Shown here: one piece after another, positions 12,399 through 21,356 of the stretch
How the letters are laid out: every line of letters begins with the position of its first letter
Numbering within the stretch: the first letter of the stretch is position 1
NCBI RefSeq assembly: GCF_024818015.1
Contig: NZ_CP093908.1
Span: 60,001-92,000, forward strand
Length of the DNA stretch: 32,000 nt
From: Candidatus Saccharimonadota bacterium
GTDB taxonomy: Bacteria; Bacteroidota; Bacteroidia; Flavobacteriales; Blattabacteriaceae
Direction: 5' to 3'
The notes under the pieces: generated by a model
The model's database searches: none
What the model saw: only the letters and a program-made list of their open reading frames with translations
Told to the model about the DNA's origin: nothing
Position numbers and translations under genes: made by a program

Positions 12399-12505
12399 TT
12401 GGTGATTATAGCAACAAGGATCCACCTCTTTCCATTCCGAACAGAGAAGTTAAATTTGTTAGCGCCGATGGTACTAGTAATTCTGGAAGAGTAGGTCATT
12501 GCCTA
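12399..12505 (+). rRNA. rrf: 5S ribosomal RNA (ends approximate)
   Basis: ...CCACCTCTTTCCATTCCGAACAGAGAAGTTAA...AGCGCCGATGGTACT...GAAGAGTAGGTCATTGCC. Helix I pairs GGTGAT (12401-12406) with ATTGCC (12498-12503). Confidence 0.9.
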
Positions 12506-12591
12506 AAACTAAAAAAAAGAATTTTGAATGCTTTAAATATAAGAGTAAGCAGTTATAATTAGAATTTTGCAGTACTATTTTGATGATAAAC

Positions 12592-13236
12592 ATGAATTAT
12601 TCAATTGAATTTAAAAAATATGCTAAAACTATAAATAGTAGTAAAATTGATAATTATATAAATTCAATGACTCCATACATAATGGAAGAAAGAAAGTATA
12701 ATGTATCTCAAATGGATGTCTTTTCAAGATTAATGATGGATAGAATTATTTTTTTAGGAACACCTATAGATGATCAAATCGCTAATATTATACAAGCTCA
12801 ATTATTATTTTTACAATCTTTAGATTCCAATAAAGGGATTCAAATATATATTAATTCTCCTGGAGGGAGTGTTTATTCAGGATTAGGCATTTATGATACT
12901 ATCCAAATTTTAAAACCAGATATATCTACTATATGTACAGGAATAGCAGCTTCTATGGCAGCTATTTTACTTTGTTCTGGAAAAAAGGGTAAAAGATCTA
13001 TTTTAAAACATTCTAGAGTTTTAATTCATCAACCTATTGGTTACGCTAAAGGACAATCATCAGATATGGAAATAACTGTACGTGAAATTTTAAAATTAAA
13101 AGAAGAACTTAATAAGATTATAAGTGAACATACTAATCAACCATTTGAAAAAGTACAAAAAGATTCTGATAGAGATTATTGGATGACTTCTGAAGAAGCT
13201 AAAAATTATGGGATTGTTGATGAAATTTTATTATAA
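12592..13236 (+). CDS. clpP: ATP-dependent Clp protease proteolytic subunit
   Basis: MNYSIEFKKYA...QMDVFSRLMMDRIIFLG...INSPGGSVYSGLGIYDT...AASMAA... has the typical ClpP Ser/His/Asp context. The track ORF starts at a TTG (12580). ATG 12583 or ATG 12592 are more plausible; 12592 best matches the flavobacterial N-terminus. Confidence 0.93.
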   Translation: MNYSIEFKKYAKTINSSKIDNYINSMTPYIMEERKYNVSQMDVFSRLMMDRIIFLGTPIDDQIANIIQAQLLFLQSLDSNKGIQIYINSPGGSVYSGLGIYDTIQILKPDISTICTGIAASMAAILLCSGKKGKRSILKHSRVLIHQPIGYAKGQSSDMEITVREILKLKEELNKIISEHTNQPFEKVQKDSDRDYWMTSEEAKNYGIVDEILL

Positions 13237-13242
13237 AAACTA

Positions 13243-14247
13243 ATGAATCTGAATACAAGTTCTCCTAGAGAAATAAAAGATTTTTTAGATCAATATGTGA
13301 TTGGTCAAGAAGACGCTAAAAAAACTATTTCTGTTGCTGTTTCTAATCATTATAAAAGGATTTATTATTCTGATCTGGCTGATAAATCTAATATTTTAAT
13401 TATAGGTGATACAGGTACTGGAAAAACTCTTATAGCTAAAAGGATTTCTAAATTTTTAAATGTTCCTTTTACAATAGTAGATGCAACTTCACTCACTGAA
13501 GCAGGATATGTAGGAGAAGATGTAGAAAGCATTTTAACTAAATTATTACAATCAGCTAATTATAATATTGCTTTAGCAGAAAAAGGGATAGTATTTATAG
13601 ATGAAATAGATAAAATTTCTAGAAAAAATGAGAATCCATCTATTACTAGAGATGTTTCAGGAGAAGGTGTACAACAAGCTTTATTAAAGATATTAGAAGG
13701 ATCCATTGTTAATGTACCACCTAATGTAGGTAGAAAACATCCTGAGCAAAAACTAATTAAATTAAATACTAAAAATATTTTATTTATTGCTGGAGGAGCA
13801 TTTGAGGGATTAAAGAATATTATATCAAATCGATTAAATCTATCTCCTATAGGATTTAAAAAAAATGTTTATAACAAAATAGATGGTAAAGATTTATTAA
13901 ATTTTGTATCATCACATGATATAAAAAAATATGGATTAATACCTGAATTAATAGGTCGGTTACCGATTATAACTAATTTAAACTCTCTCTCAAGAGAGTC
14001 TTTAAAAAGAATATTATTAGAACCTAATAATTCAATTATAAAACAATATAAAGAACTATTTTTATTGGATAAAAGAAAATTAAAATTTACTTATTCCGCT
14101 ATTGATTTAATAGTTTATAAAGCTATTAAATTAAGTTTAGGTGCAAGAGGATTAAAAAATATTTGTGAAAAAATAATGACAGATTATCTGTTTAATACAG
14201 ATCTGATAATAGAATCTCTTATAATAGATAAATTTGATATTAAATAA
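13243..14247 (+). CDS. clpX: ATP-dependent Clp protease ATP-binding subunit ClpX, lacking the N-terminal zinc-binding domain
   Basis: 334 aa. Starts at ...[21 protein letters not shown]. Walker A GDTGTGKT, pore loop GYVGEDVE, Walker [13 protein letters not shown] loop GRKHPEQ, IGF loop PIGF, sensor GARGLK. Confidence 0.93.
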   Translation: MNLNTSSPREIKDFLDQYVIGQEDAKKTISVAVSNHYKRIYYSDLADKSNILIIGDTGTGKTLIAKRISKFLNVPFTIVDATSLTEAGYVGEDVESILTKLLQSANYNIALAEKGIVFIDEIDKISRKNENPSITRDVSGEGVQQALLKILEGSIVNVPPNVGRKHPEQKLIKLNTKNILFIAGGAFEGLKNIISNRLNLSPIGFKKNVYNKIDGKDLLNFVSSHDIKKYGLIPELIGRLPIITNLNSLSRESLKRILLEPNNSIIKQYKELFLLDKRKLKFTYSAIDLIVYKAIKLSLGARGLKNICEKIMTDYLFNTDLIIESLIIDKFDIK

Positions 14248-14252
14248 AATAA

Positions 14253-16652
14253 TTGAAAACATTTAAAACTCCTCTTATGAAGCAATACTATGAGATAAGA
14301 AAGAAATATCCTGATGATACTATAATATTATTTAGAGTAGGAGATTTTTATGAAATATTTGGAAATGATGCTATCAAATGTTCAAAAATACTTAATATTG
14401 CTTTAGCAAAACGTAATAAAAATTCATCAATCGAATTAGCTGGATTTCCTTATCATTCTATAGAAAATTATTTACCAAAATTAATGAAATCTGGATTTAG
14501 AGTTGCAATATGTGATCAATTAGAAAAAAAACAAAGTAAAAAAAAAATTATAAATAGAGGTGTAACAGAAATAATAACTCCTGGTGTAATTATTAATAGT
14601 GAAGTTTTAGAATCTAAAAAAAGTAATTTTTTAGCATCTATTTCTATAGATAATAGAAATATTGGTATATCGTTTTTAGATATCTCGACCGGAGAATTTT
14701 TTGTAGGAGAAGGATCTAGTAATTATGTAGATCAATTTTTGAAAAAAATTAATCCTAATGAAGTTCTTTACAAAAAAGAGAAAAAATTTTTTTTATTAAA
14801 AATTATAGGAAATAAATATTATTCTAATGGAATGGAAGATTGGGTTTTTGATTATTTATCTGCGTATGAAAATTTATTAATGCATTTCAAAACGAATTCT
14901 CTTAAAGTATTTAAGATAGAAAACTTATATAATGGAATAATTGCTGCTGGAGCAATATTAAACTATGTTTGTAGTATATGTCATATTAAAATTAGTCATA
15001 TATCTAATATAACTAAATTATTACATAATGAATATGTTTCATTAGATGATTTTACATTAGAAAATTTAGAAATAATAAAATCAAAAAATGAAAAAGCTAT
15101 AACATTAATAAATATATTAGATAATACTATCTCTCCTATGGGAGGAAGATTATTGAAAAAATTTATTACTTTTCCATTAAAAAATCTTTTTGAGATAAAA
15201 AAAAGACATAAAATAGTATATTCATTTATAAGAAATAATAATCTTTATAAAGATATAAACGAAAAATTAAAAAATATTTCGGATATTGAAAGATTAACAT
15301 CAAAAATAGTTTCTTCTAAAGTTAATCCTCATGAGATTATTTTATTATCAAAATCTTTAAAACAGATTACAGAGATCAAAAATATCCTTTTAAAATCTGA
15401 AATTTCTGTTTTAAAAAATATTTCAGATGAAATTAAAAATTGTGAGAATATATATATTCATATTGAAAAAAGATTATCTATGTCTTCTACAAATTCAATA
15501 ATTTTACCTGGATTTTCTAAAGAATTAGATAAATTGAGAAAAATTCTTAATTCAAGTAAAGAATATCTAAATAATATATGTAAACGTGAAAAAAAAAATA
15601 CTGGAATTAAAAAACTTAAATTATTATTTAATAATATTTTTGGGTTTTTTATAGAAATTAAAAGTCTTTCGAAAGAAAAAGTTCCAAGCCATTGGATCCT
15701 TAAACAGAAATTATTTAATTGTGAGCGGTATATAACAGATGAGTTAAAAAATCATGAAATGAAAATACTTTCTTCTAAAGAGAAGATCGAATCTATAGAA
15801 AATAATATTTTTTCTAAATTAATAGATTATATATCTAAATATACAGATATATTACAATATAATTCTAAATTAATTGCAGAAATAGATATCTTTATGTCAT
15901 TTGCTAAATGTGCAATAGATAATAATTATATCTGTCCAGAATTAAATGAATCTTTTAATCTTTCTATAAAAGATGGTAGACATCCTGTAATAGAAAAACA
16001 AATATATAATAAATCTTACATTCCTAATGATATTATGATGAATAATAATGACTCTCAAATCATAATAATTACTGGCCCAAATATGTCAGGTAAATCTGCC
16101 ATTTTACGTCAAACTGCATTAATCATATTAATGGCTCAAATAGGGAGTTATGTTCCAGCAAGTTATGCTTCTATTGGAATAGTTGATAAAATCTTTAGTA
16201 GAGTTGGATCATCTGACAATATTTCTATGGGAGAATCTACTTTTATGAAGGAAATGAATGAAACAGCGAGTATAATAAATAATTTATCTGATAGAAGCTT
16301 TTTAATTTTAGATGAAATAGGAAGAGGAACAAGTAATGATGATGGAATATCTCTAGCGTGGTCAATAATAGAATTTTTAAATAAAAATATTCATAAGCCA
16401 AAAACTTTATTTGCTACTCATTATCATGAATTGAATAATATTAGTAATTATATTAATAATATTAAAAATTATAGTGTTTCTGTCAAAACAATAGATGATA
16501 ATCTCATTTTTACAAGAAAATTATTAAATAAGGTAAGTAATCCTAGTAGTTATGGGATACATATAGCTAAAATGGCAGGTATGCCAGATTCTATTATTAA
16601 TAGAGCTAATGAATTATTATCTATAATAAAGAGATATACAAAGCGAGAATAG
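14253..16652 (+). CDS. mutS: DNA mismatch repair protein MutS
   Basis: 799 aa with TPLMKQYYEIRKKYPD, the GDFYE mismatch-binding motif, Walker A GPNMSGKS, DEIGRGTS and THYHEL. The TTG at 14253 is the probable start, because the conserved TP-x-M motif precedes the first ATG. Confidence 0.95.
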   Translation: MKTFKTPLMKQYYEIRKKYPDDTIILFRVGDFYEIFGNDAIKCSKILNIALAKRNKNSSIELAGFPYHSIENYLPKLMKSGFRVAICDQLEKKQSKKKIINRGVTEIITPGVIINSEVLESKKSNFLASISIDNRNIGISFLDISTGEFFVGEGSSNYVDQFLKKINPNEVLYKKEKKFFLLKIIGNKYYSNGMEDWVFDYLSAYENLLMHFKTNSLKVFKIENLYNGIIAAGAILNYVCSICHIKISHISNITKLLHNEYVSLDDFTLENLEIIKSKNEKAITLINILDNTISPMGGRLLKKFITFPLKNLFEIKKRHKIVYSFIRNNNLYKDINEKLKNISDIERLTSKIVSSKVNPHEIILLSKSLKQITEIKNILLKSEISVLKNISDEIKNCENIYIHIEKRLSMSSTNSIILPGFSKELDKLRKILNSSKEYLNNICKREKKNTGIKKLKLLFNNIFGFFIEIKSLSKEKVPSHWILKQKLFNCERYITDELKNHEMKILSSKEKIESIENNIFSKLIDYISKYTDILQYNSKLIAEIDIFMSFAKCAIDNNYICPELNESFNLSIKDGRHPVIEKQIYNKSYIPNDIMMNNNDSQIIIITGPNMSGKSAILRQTALIILMAQIGSYVPASYASIGIVDKIFSRVGSSDNISMGESTFMKEMNETASIINNLSDRSFLILDEIGRGTSNDDGISLAWSIIEFLNKNIHKPKTLFATHYHELNNISNYINNIKNYSVSVKTIDDNLIFTRKLLNKVSNPSSYGIHIAKMAGMPDSIINRANELLSIIKRYTKRE

Positions 16653-16715
16653 CTCATTTGGGAGAGTACTACCTTGCCAAGGTAGGGGTAGCGGGTTCGA
16701 ATCCCGTTTCTCGCT
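16643..16715 (+). tRNA. tRNA-Gly (anticodon GCC); its 5' end overlaps the last 10 nt of mutS
   Basis: Cloverleaf: acceptor GCGAGAA/TTCTCGC (perfect 7 bp), anticodon arm CTACC-TTGCCAA-GGTAG, T arm GCGGG-TTCGAAT-CCCGT. No encoded CCA. Confidence 0.9.
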
Positions 16716-16721
16716 CAACAA

Positions 16722-16808
16722 GCCTGGATGGTGGAACTGGTAGACACGCAGGACTTAAAATCCTGTAGCTCTTAAAAAGCTGTGCGGGTTCAATTCCCGC
16801 TCTAGGTA
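16722..16808 (+). tRNA. tRNA-Leu (anticodon TAA), long variable arm
   Basis: Cloverleaf: acceptor GCCTGGA/TCTAGGT (two G:U pairs), anticodon arm CAGGA-CTTAAAA-TCCTG, long variable arm, T arm GCGGG-TTCAATT-CCCGC. No encoded CCA. Confidence 0.88.
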
Positions 16809-17467
16809 AGTATAGAATTTGCAAGATAACTTATTATTAAATTAATTGATTTTGAAGAATCATCATTTGCAGGTATAGGATAATCTATATTTCTAGGATC
16901 ACAATTTGTATCAACTATTCCAATAATAGGAATACATAAATTCATACACTCCTTTACAGCAATTTGTTCTGTTTTTACATCAACTATTATTACACATGCA
17001 GGTAAAGAATTCATTTTAGATATAGATCCTATATTTTTTTTTAATTTATTTTCTAATCTTACTATAAGTAATTTGTCTTTTTTAGACATCATATTATATG
17101 TTCCATCTATTTTTTGCCTATCTATAATATTCATTTTTTTTACAGATTGACGTATAGTAGACATATTAGTTAAAATTCCTCCTAACCATCTTTCTGTTAT
17201 ATAAGGCATCTTAACTTTTTTTGCATATTCAGAAACTATATCTTTAGCTTGTTTTTTTGTTGCAACAAATAAGATTTGTTTCCCTGAAGAAACAATATTT
17301 TTAATAAATTTACAAGCTTCATTTATTGTTTTTATAGTTTTAGAAATATCTATAATATGTATACCTCCTTTTTTCATAAAAATATACTTTCTCATATTTG
17401 GATTCCATTTTGATGTTGGATGACCAAAATGTGCTCCTACTTTAATAAAGTTTTCTATATTATACAT
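16802..17467 (-). CDS. rpsB: 30S ribosomal protein S2
   Basis: 221 aa: MYNIENFIKVGAHFGHPTSKWNPNMRKYIF...GIHIIDI...FVATKKQAKD...RWLGGILTN..., canonical S2. Confidence 0.95.
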   Translation of the reverse strand: MYNIENFIKVGAHFGHPTSKWNPNMRKYIFMKKGGIHIIDISKTIKTINEACKFIKNIVSSGKQILFVATKKQAKDIVSEYAKKVKMPYITERWLGGILTNMSTIRQSVKKMNIIDRQKIDGTYNMMSKKDKLLIVRLENKLKKNIGSISKMNSLPACVIIVDVKTEQIAVKECMNLCIPIIGIVDTNCDPRNIDYPIPANDDSSKSINLIISYLANSILT

Positions 17468-17470
17468 TAA

Positions 17471-17851
17471 TTATCTTTTTGAGAATTGAAAATTTTTACG
17501 TGATTTTTTTTTACCATATTTTTTTCGTTCTACCATTCTTGGATCCCTAGTAAGTAAATTTTGTTCTTTTAGAATAGGCTTATAATTAATATCAAATTTA
17601 CAAAGAGCTCTAGAGATAGCTAAGCTAATAGCTTCAGCTTGACTATTTATTCCTCCTCCTGAAACTTTTATATAAAAATCAAATTTATTTTTATTATATG
17701 TTAATAATAATGGTTTTGAGATTTTATTAAATAATAAATTATTATTAAAATAATTTTTATAAGGTAGATTATTTACTTTAATTAAACCACTGCCAAGCTT
17801 CATGTACATTCGTGCAACAGCAGTTTTTCTTCTACCTATAGTATGAATCAT
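17471..17851 (-). CDS. rpsI: 30S ribosomal protein S9
   Basis: MIHTIGRRKTAVARMYM...GGGINSQAEAISLAISRAL...RDPRMVERKKYGKKKSRKNFQFSKR. The track ORF begins 6 codons earlier (ATG at 17869). The ATG at 17851 matches the usual S9 N-terminus and avoids overlap with rplM. Confidence 0.92.
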   Translation of the reverse strand: MIHTIGRRKTAVARMYMKLGSGLIKVNNLPYKNYFNNNLLFNKISKPLLLTYNKNKFDFYIKVSGGGINSQAEAISLAISRALCKFDINYKPILKEQNLLTRDPRMVERKKYGKKKSRKNFQFSKR

Positions 17852-17855
17852 CTTT

Positions 17856-18308
17856 TTAATAAATATCATTTATATTTAAATTTTGAGGTTTTTGTTTATA
17901 CAAATTATGTGTATCATAAGGATAGATGTATAAATTTTTTATTATTTTTCTTCCTAATAAAGTCTTTGGTAACATTCCTAAAATAGATTTATATATTAAT
18001 TTACAAGGATTCATTTTAAATAATTCAATTGCAGTTGATTTTTTTTGTCCTCCGGGATATCCACTATGACTAATATATAATTTAGTTTTCCATTTTTTTC
18101 CAGTAAGAGTTATTTTACTTGCATTAAGAATAATAATTTTATTTCCACAATTAATATTTTGAGTAAAAAAAAAATTATTTTTTCCTCTTATTATTTTTGC
18201 TATTATAGAACAAAATCTCCCTAGTTTTTTATTATCTGCATCAAATAAAAACCATTTATTATTTAAAATAGCTGTAGCTGATAAAGTTTTAAATCCTAAA
18301 ATATTCAC
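17856..18308 (-). CDS. rplM: 50S ribosomal protein L13
   Basis: ...FKTLSATAILNNKWFLFDADNKKLGRFCSIIAKIIRGKN...HSGYPGG...MLPKTLLGRK... is L13. The track ORF (to 18494) is extended antisense into dnaK. The only plausible start near the conserved N-terminus is GTG at 18308-18306, giving ~150 aa. Confidence 0.88.
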   Translation of the reverse strand: MNILGFKTLSATAILNNKWFLFDADNKKLGRFCSIIAKIIRGKNNFFFTQNINCGNKIIILNASKITLTGKKWKTKLYISHSGYPGGQKKSTAIELFKMNPCKLIYKSILGMLPKTLLGRKIIKNLYIYPYDTHNLYKQKPQNLNINDIY

Positions 18309-18387
18309 ATTAATTTTATTATTAAAGTATATTAATATTGTAATATTTGTAATATTACAAATTATATTATTAAAATAATTGAGTAAA

Positions 18388-20232
18388 ATGAGTAAAATAA
18401 TAGGTATAGATTTAGGAACTACAAATTCCTGTGTTTCTGTAATGGAAGGAAATTCACCAGTGGTAGTTCCAAATTCAGAAGGAAAACGAACCACTCCTTC
18501 AATAATTGCTTTTATAGAAGGAGGAGAAACAAAAGTTGGAGATCCAGCTAAACGTCAAGCTGTTACTAATCCTAGTAAAACTATTTTTTCTATTAAACGT
18601 TTTATGGGACGTAACTTTTCAGAAGTTACTGAAGAATTAAAAAATATTCCTTATCAAATAAGAAAAGGAGAAAATGATACTCCTAGAGTTTCTATAGGAA
18701 ATAAATTATATACTCCCCAAGAAATATCTGCTATGATTTTACAAAAGATGAAAAAAACAGCAGAAGATTATCTTGGTAATGAAGTTAAACAAGCTGTTAT
18801 TACTGTCCCAGCATATTTTAATGATGCTCAACGTCAAGCAACAAAAGAAGCTGGAGAAATTGCTGGATTAAATGTAGAACGTATAATAAATGAACCAACT
18901 GCTGCAGCATTAGCTTATGGATTAGATAAAAATAATCAAAATAAAAAAATAGTTGTATATGATTTAGGTGGAGGAACATTTGATATATCTATTCTGGAAT
19001 TAGGTGATGGTGTATTTGAGGTTTTATCTACAAGTGGAGATACCCATCTTGGAGGTGATGATTTTGATAAAGTTATTATAGATTGGTTAGTTAAAGAATT
19101 TAAAGTAGAACAAGGAGTATATTTAAGTAATGATTCTATGGCGTATCAAAGATTAAAAGAATCTGCAGAAAAAGCAAAAATAGAACTTTCATCTAGTACA
19201 AAAACTGAAATAAATTTACCATATATAACTGCAACTCCTTCTGGACCAAAACATTTAGTAAAAACACTTACCCGTGCTAAATTTGAAGAATTATCTGATG
19301 ATCTTATTAAAAGATCATTATCTCCTTGTAAAAACGCTTTAAAAGCTTCAAATTTAATCTCTAAAGAGATAGATGAAGTCATTTTGGTAGGAGGGTCTAC
19401 TCGTATACCTAAGATACAAGAACAGGTAGAGAAATTTTTTGAAAAAATTCCGTCTAAGGGTGTCAATCCAGATGAAGTAGTTTCAATAGGAGCAGCTATA
19501 CAAGGCGGGGTTTTAAGTGGAGATGTAAAAGATGTATTATTATTAGATGTAACTCCATTATCATTAGGTATTGAAACCTTAGGTGGAGTATTTACTAAAT
19601 TAATAGACTCAAATACTACTATTCCTACTAAAAAATCAGAAATGTTTTCTACTGCTGCAGATAATCAATCAGCAGTTACTATCCGTGTTGGACAGGGAGA
19701 AAGATCAATGTTTAATGACAATAAAGAAATAGGTAGATTTGATTTAATAGATATTGCACCAGCACCTAGAGGAATTCCACAAATAGAAGTGACATTTGAT
19801 ATAGACGCAAATGGAATTTTAAATGTATCAGCTAAAGATAAAAGCACTGGGAAAGAGCAATCTATACGTATACAAGCTTCATCAGGATTAAGCAAAAATG
19901 AAATAGAAAGAATGAAAAAAGAAGCACAAGAAAATGCCGATAAAGATAATAAAAGAAAAGAAGAAATAGAAAAAATTAATTCTGCTGATAGTATTATTTT
20001 TCAAACTGAAAAACAACTTAAAGAATATGGTAAGAAAATTTCAGAAGAAACTAAAAAAAAACTTGAGATTAATTTAAAGAATCTAAAAGATGCTCGTAAT
20101 TCAAAAAAGATATCTGATATAGATAATTATATTAATCAAATTAATAATTTATTGTCTTCTACATATCAAGAAATATATAAAAATAACAATGAAAGTGTTA
20201 AAGATGTAGATTTTGAAGAAATTAAAAGTTAG
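18388..20232 (+). CDS. dnaK: Molecular chaperone DnaK (Hsp70)
   Basis: [16 protein letters not shown]...DLGGGTFD...[15 protein letters not shown]..., full Hsp70. The track start (TTG 18379) lies 3 codons upstream of the likely ATG at 18388. Confidence 0.98.
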   Translation: MSKIIGIDLGTTNSCVSVMEGNSPVVVPNSEGKRTTPSIIAFIEGGETKVGDPAKRQAVTNPSKTIFSIKRFMGRNFSEVTEELKNIPYQIRKGENDTPRVSIGNKLYTPQEISAMILQKMKKTAEDYLGNEVKQAVITVPAYFNDAQRQATKEAGEIAGLNVERIINEPTAAALAYGLDKNNQNKKIVVYDLGGGTFDISILELGDGVFEVLSTSGDTHLGGDDFDKVIIDWLVKEFKVEQGVYLSNDSMAYQRLKESAEKAKIELSSSTKTEINLPYITATPSGPKHLVKTLTRAKFEELSDDLIKRSLSPCKNALKASNLISKEIDEVILVGGSTRIPKIQEQVEKFFEKIPSKGVNPDEVVSIGAAIQGGVLSGDVKDVLLLDVTPLSLGIETLGGVFTKLIDSNTTIPTKKSEMFSTAADNQSAVTIRVGQGERSMFNDNKEIGRFDLIDIAPAPRGIPQIEVTFDIDANGILNVSAKDKSTGKEQSIRIQASSGLSKNEIERMKKEAQENADKDNKRKEEIEKINSADSIIFQTEKQLKEYGKKISEETKKKLEINLKNLKDARNSKKISDIDNYINQINNLLSSTYQEIYKNNNESVKDVDFEEIKS

Positions 20233-20251
20233 TTTTTAAAAATCTAAAAAT

Positions 20252-20794
20252 ATCGCTTTAAAAAAAACAAAAAATAATTCCCAACGTTATAAGGAATTAC
20301 ATAGAGTTAATAAACGTATAACTGCTACTAAACTACGTTTAGTAGGTGATAATATTAAAAATGGTATTTATTCTTTAAAAGAAGCTTTAGCTATAGCTTA
20401 TAATATTGGTTTAGATTTAGTAGAAATAAATCCTAAAACCGATCCACCTATCTGCAGAATACTTGAATATAAAAAATTTTTATATGAACAAAAGAAAAAA
20501 AATCAAAAATCTAAACAAGAAAAAATTATAACTAAAGAATTAAGATTAAGTCCACAAATATGTGAGCATGATACTCTTTTTAAAATAAAACATGCAGAAA
20601 AATTTTTAAAATCTAAAGAAAAAGTAAAATTTACAATTTTTTTTAAAGGTCGTTCTATAATTCATAAAGAGAAAGGGAAAATACTTTTATTAAAATGTGC
20701 CAATTCTCTTGAGAACTTTGGTAAAATAGAAAAAATGCCAATCATGGAGGGGAAAAAAATGTTTATAATAATAACACCTAAAAAAAATAATTAA
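20252..20794 (+). CDS. infC: Translation initiation factor IF-3, non-ATG (ATC) start
   Basis: Not in the ORF track. Manual translation of the frame that opens after the TAA at 20237-20239: (M)ALKKTKNNSQRYKELHRVNKRITATKLRLVGDNIKNGIYSLKEALAIAYNIGLDLVEINPKTDPPICRILEYKKFLYEQKKK...FFKGRSIIHKEKG...MPIMEGKKMFIIITPKKNN*. There is no in-frame ATG/GTG/TTG upstream of the conserved N-domain. ATC at 20252 followed by GCT mirrors the MA... N-terminus of flavobacterial IF3. Synteny infC-rpmI-rplT. Confidence 0.85.
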   Translation: MALKKTKNNSQRYKELHRVNKRITATKLRLVGDNIKNGIYSLKEALAIAYNIGLDLVEINPKTDPPICRILEYKKFLYEQKKKNQKSKQEKIITKELRLSPQICEHDTLFKIKHAEKFLKSKEKVKFTIFFKGRSIIHKEKGKILLLKCANSLENFGKIEKMPIMEGKKMFIIITPKKNN

Positions 20795-20800
20795 TTAATT

Positions 20801-20998
20801 ATGTTTAAATTAAAAACTAAATCTGGAGCAAAAAAACGTTTTAAATTTATAGCAAATGGAAAAATTAAGAGAAAAAAATCATTTAAAAATCATCTTTTAA
20901 CTAAAAAAGAGAATAAAAGAAAACGTAGATTATCCTACTTTTCTAGAGTACACAAATCAGATATAAAAAATATAAAAAAACAATTATCTAATGCCTAG
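20801..20998 (+). CDS. rpmI: 50S ribosomal protein L35
   Basis: 65-aa basic [39 protein letters not shown]..., typical L35. Synteny with infC and rplT. Confidence 0.9.
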   Translation: MFKLKTKSGAKKRFKFIANGKIKRKKSFKNHLLTKKENKRKRRLSYFSRVHKSDIKNIKKQLSNA

Positions 20999-21356
20999 AT
21001 CAGTAAATGCAGTAGCATCAAAAAAACATAGAAAAAAAATTTTAAATTTTGCTAAAGGATTTTATGGAGCAAGAAGTAAATTATATACAGTAGCTAAAAA
21101 TGCTGTTGAAAAATCATTTAAATATTCTTATTTTGGACGTAAAAATAAAAAAAGAAATTTTCGAAAATTATGGATTCAACGTATTAATGCAGCAGCTAGA
21201 GAAAATGGTATATCATATTCAAATTTAATTTTTTTAATTAGAAAAAATAATATTAAATTAAATCGTAAATGCTTAGCAGATTTAGCTATGAAGAATAATT
21301 CTTCATTTAAGAAAATGATAAAAAAAATTTCAAATATTTCAGATTTCAGATTCTAG
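20991..21356 (+). CDS. rplT: 50S ribosomal protein L20
   Basis: [42 protein letters not shown]...[20 protein letters not shown]..., canonical L20. 8-nt overlap with rpmI. Confidence 0.93.
   Translation: MPRSVNAVASKKHRKKILNFAKGFYGARSKLYTVAKNAVEKSFKYSYFGRKNKKRNFRKLWIQRINAAARENGISYSNLIFLIRKNNIKLNRKCLADLAMKNNSSFKKMIKKISNISDFRF

Noticed and set aside
18338-18360. Perfect 10-bp inverted repeat TTGTAATATT-tgt-AATATTACAA in the rplM/dnaK divergent spacer; considered as a heat-shock operator (CIRCE-like) or promoter element
   Set aside because: It does not resemble CIRCE (TTAGCACTC-N9-GAGTGCTAA). In a nearly pure A/T spacer, a palindrome of this size is reasonably likely by chance (my rough estimate, not computed). 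No second copy was seen upstream of grpE/dnaJ.
12580-18387. TTG start codons proposed by the ORF track for clpP (12580) and dnaK (18379)
   Set aside because: In-frame ATGs a few codons downstream (12583/12592 and 18388) give N-termini matching conserved homolog starts ([25 protein letters not shown]). The TTG extensions are probably artefacts of longest-ORF calling. The TTG at 14253 was kept for mutS because conserved residues precede the first ATG.
18309-18494. N-terminal 62-codon extension of the rplM ORF ([17 protein letters not shown]...)
   Set aside because: It is antisense to the conserved 5' end of dnaK and has no similarity to L13. The conserved L13 N-terminus begins at the GTG at 18308.
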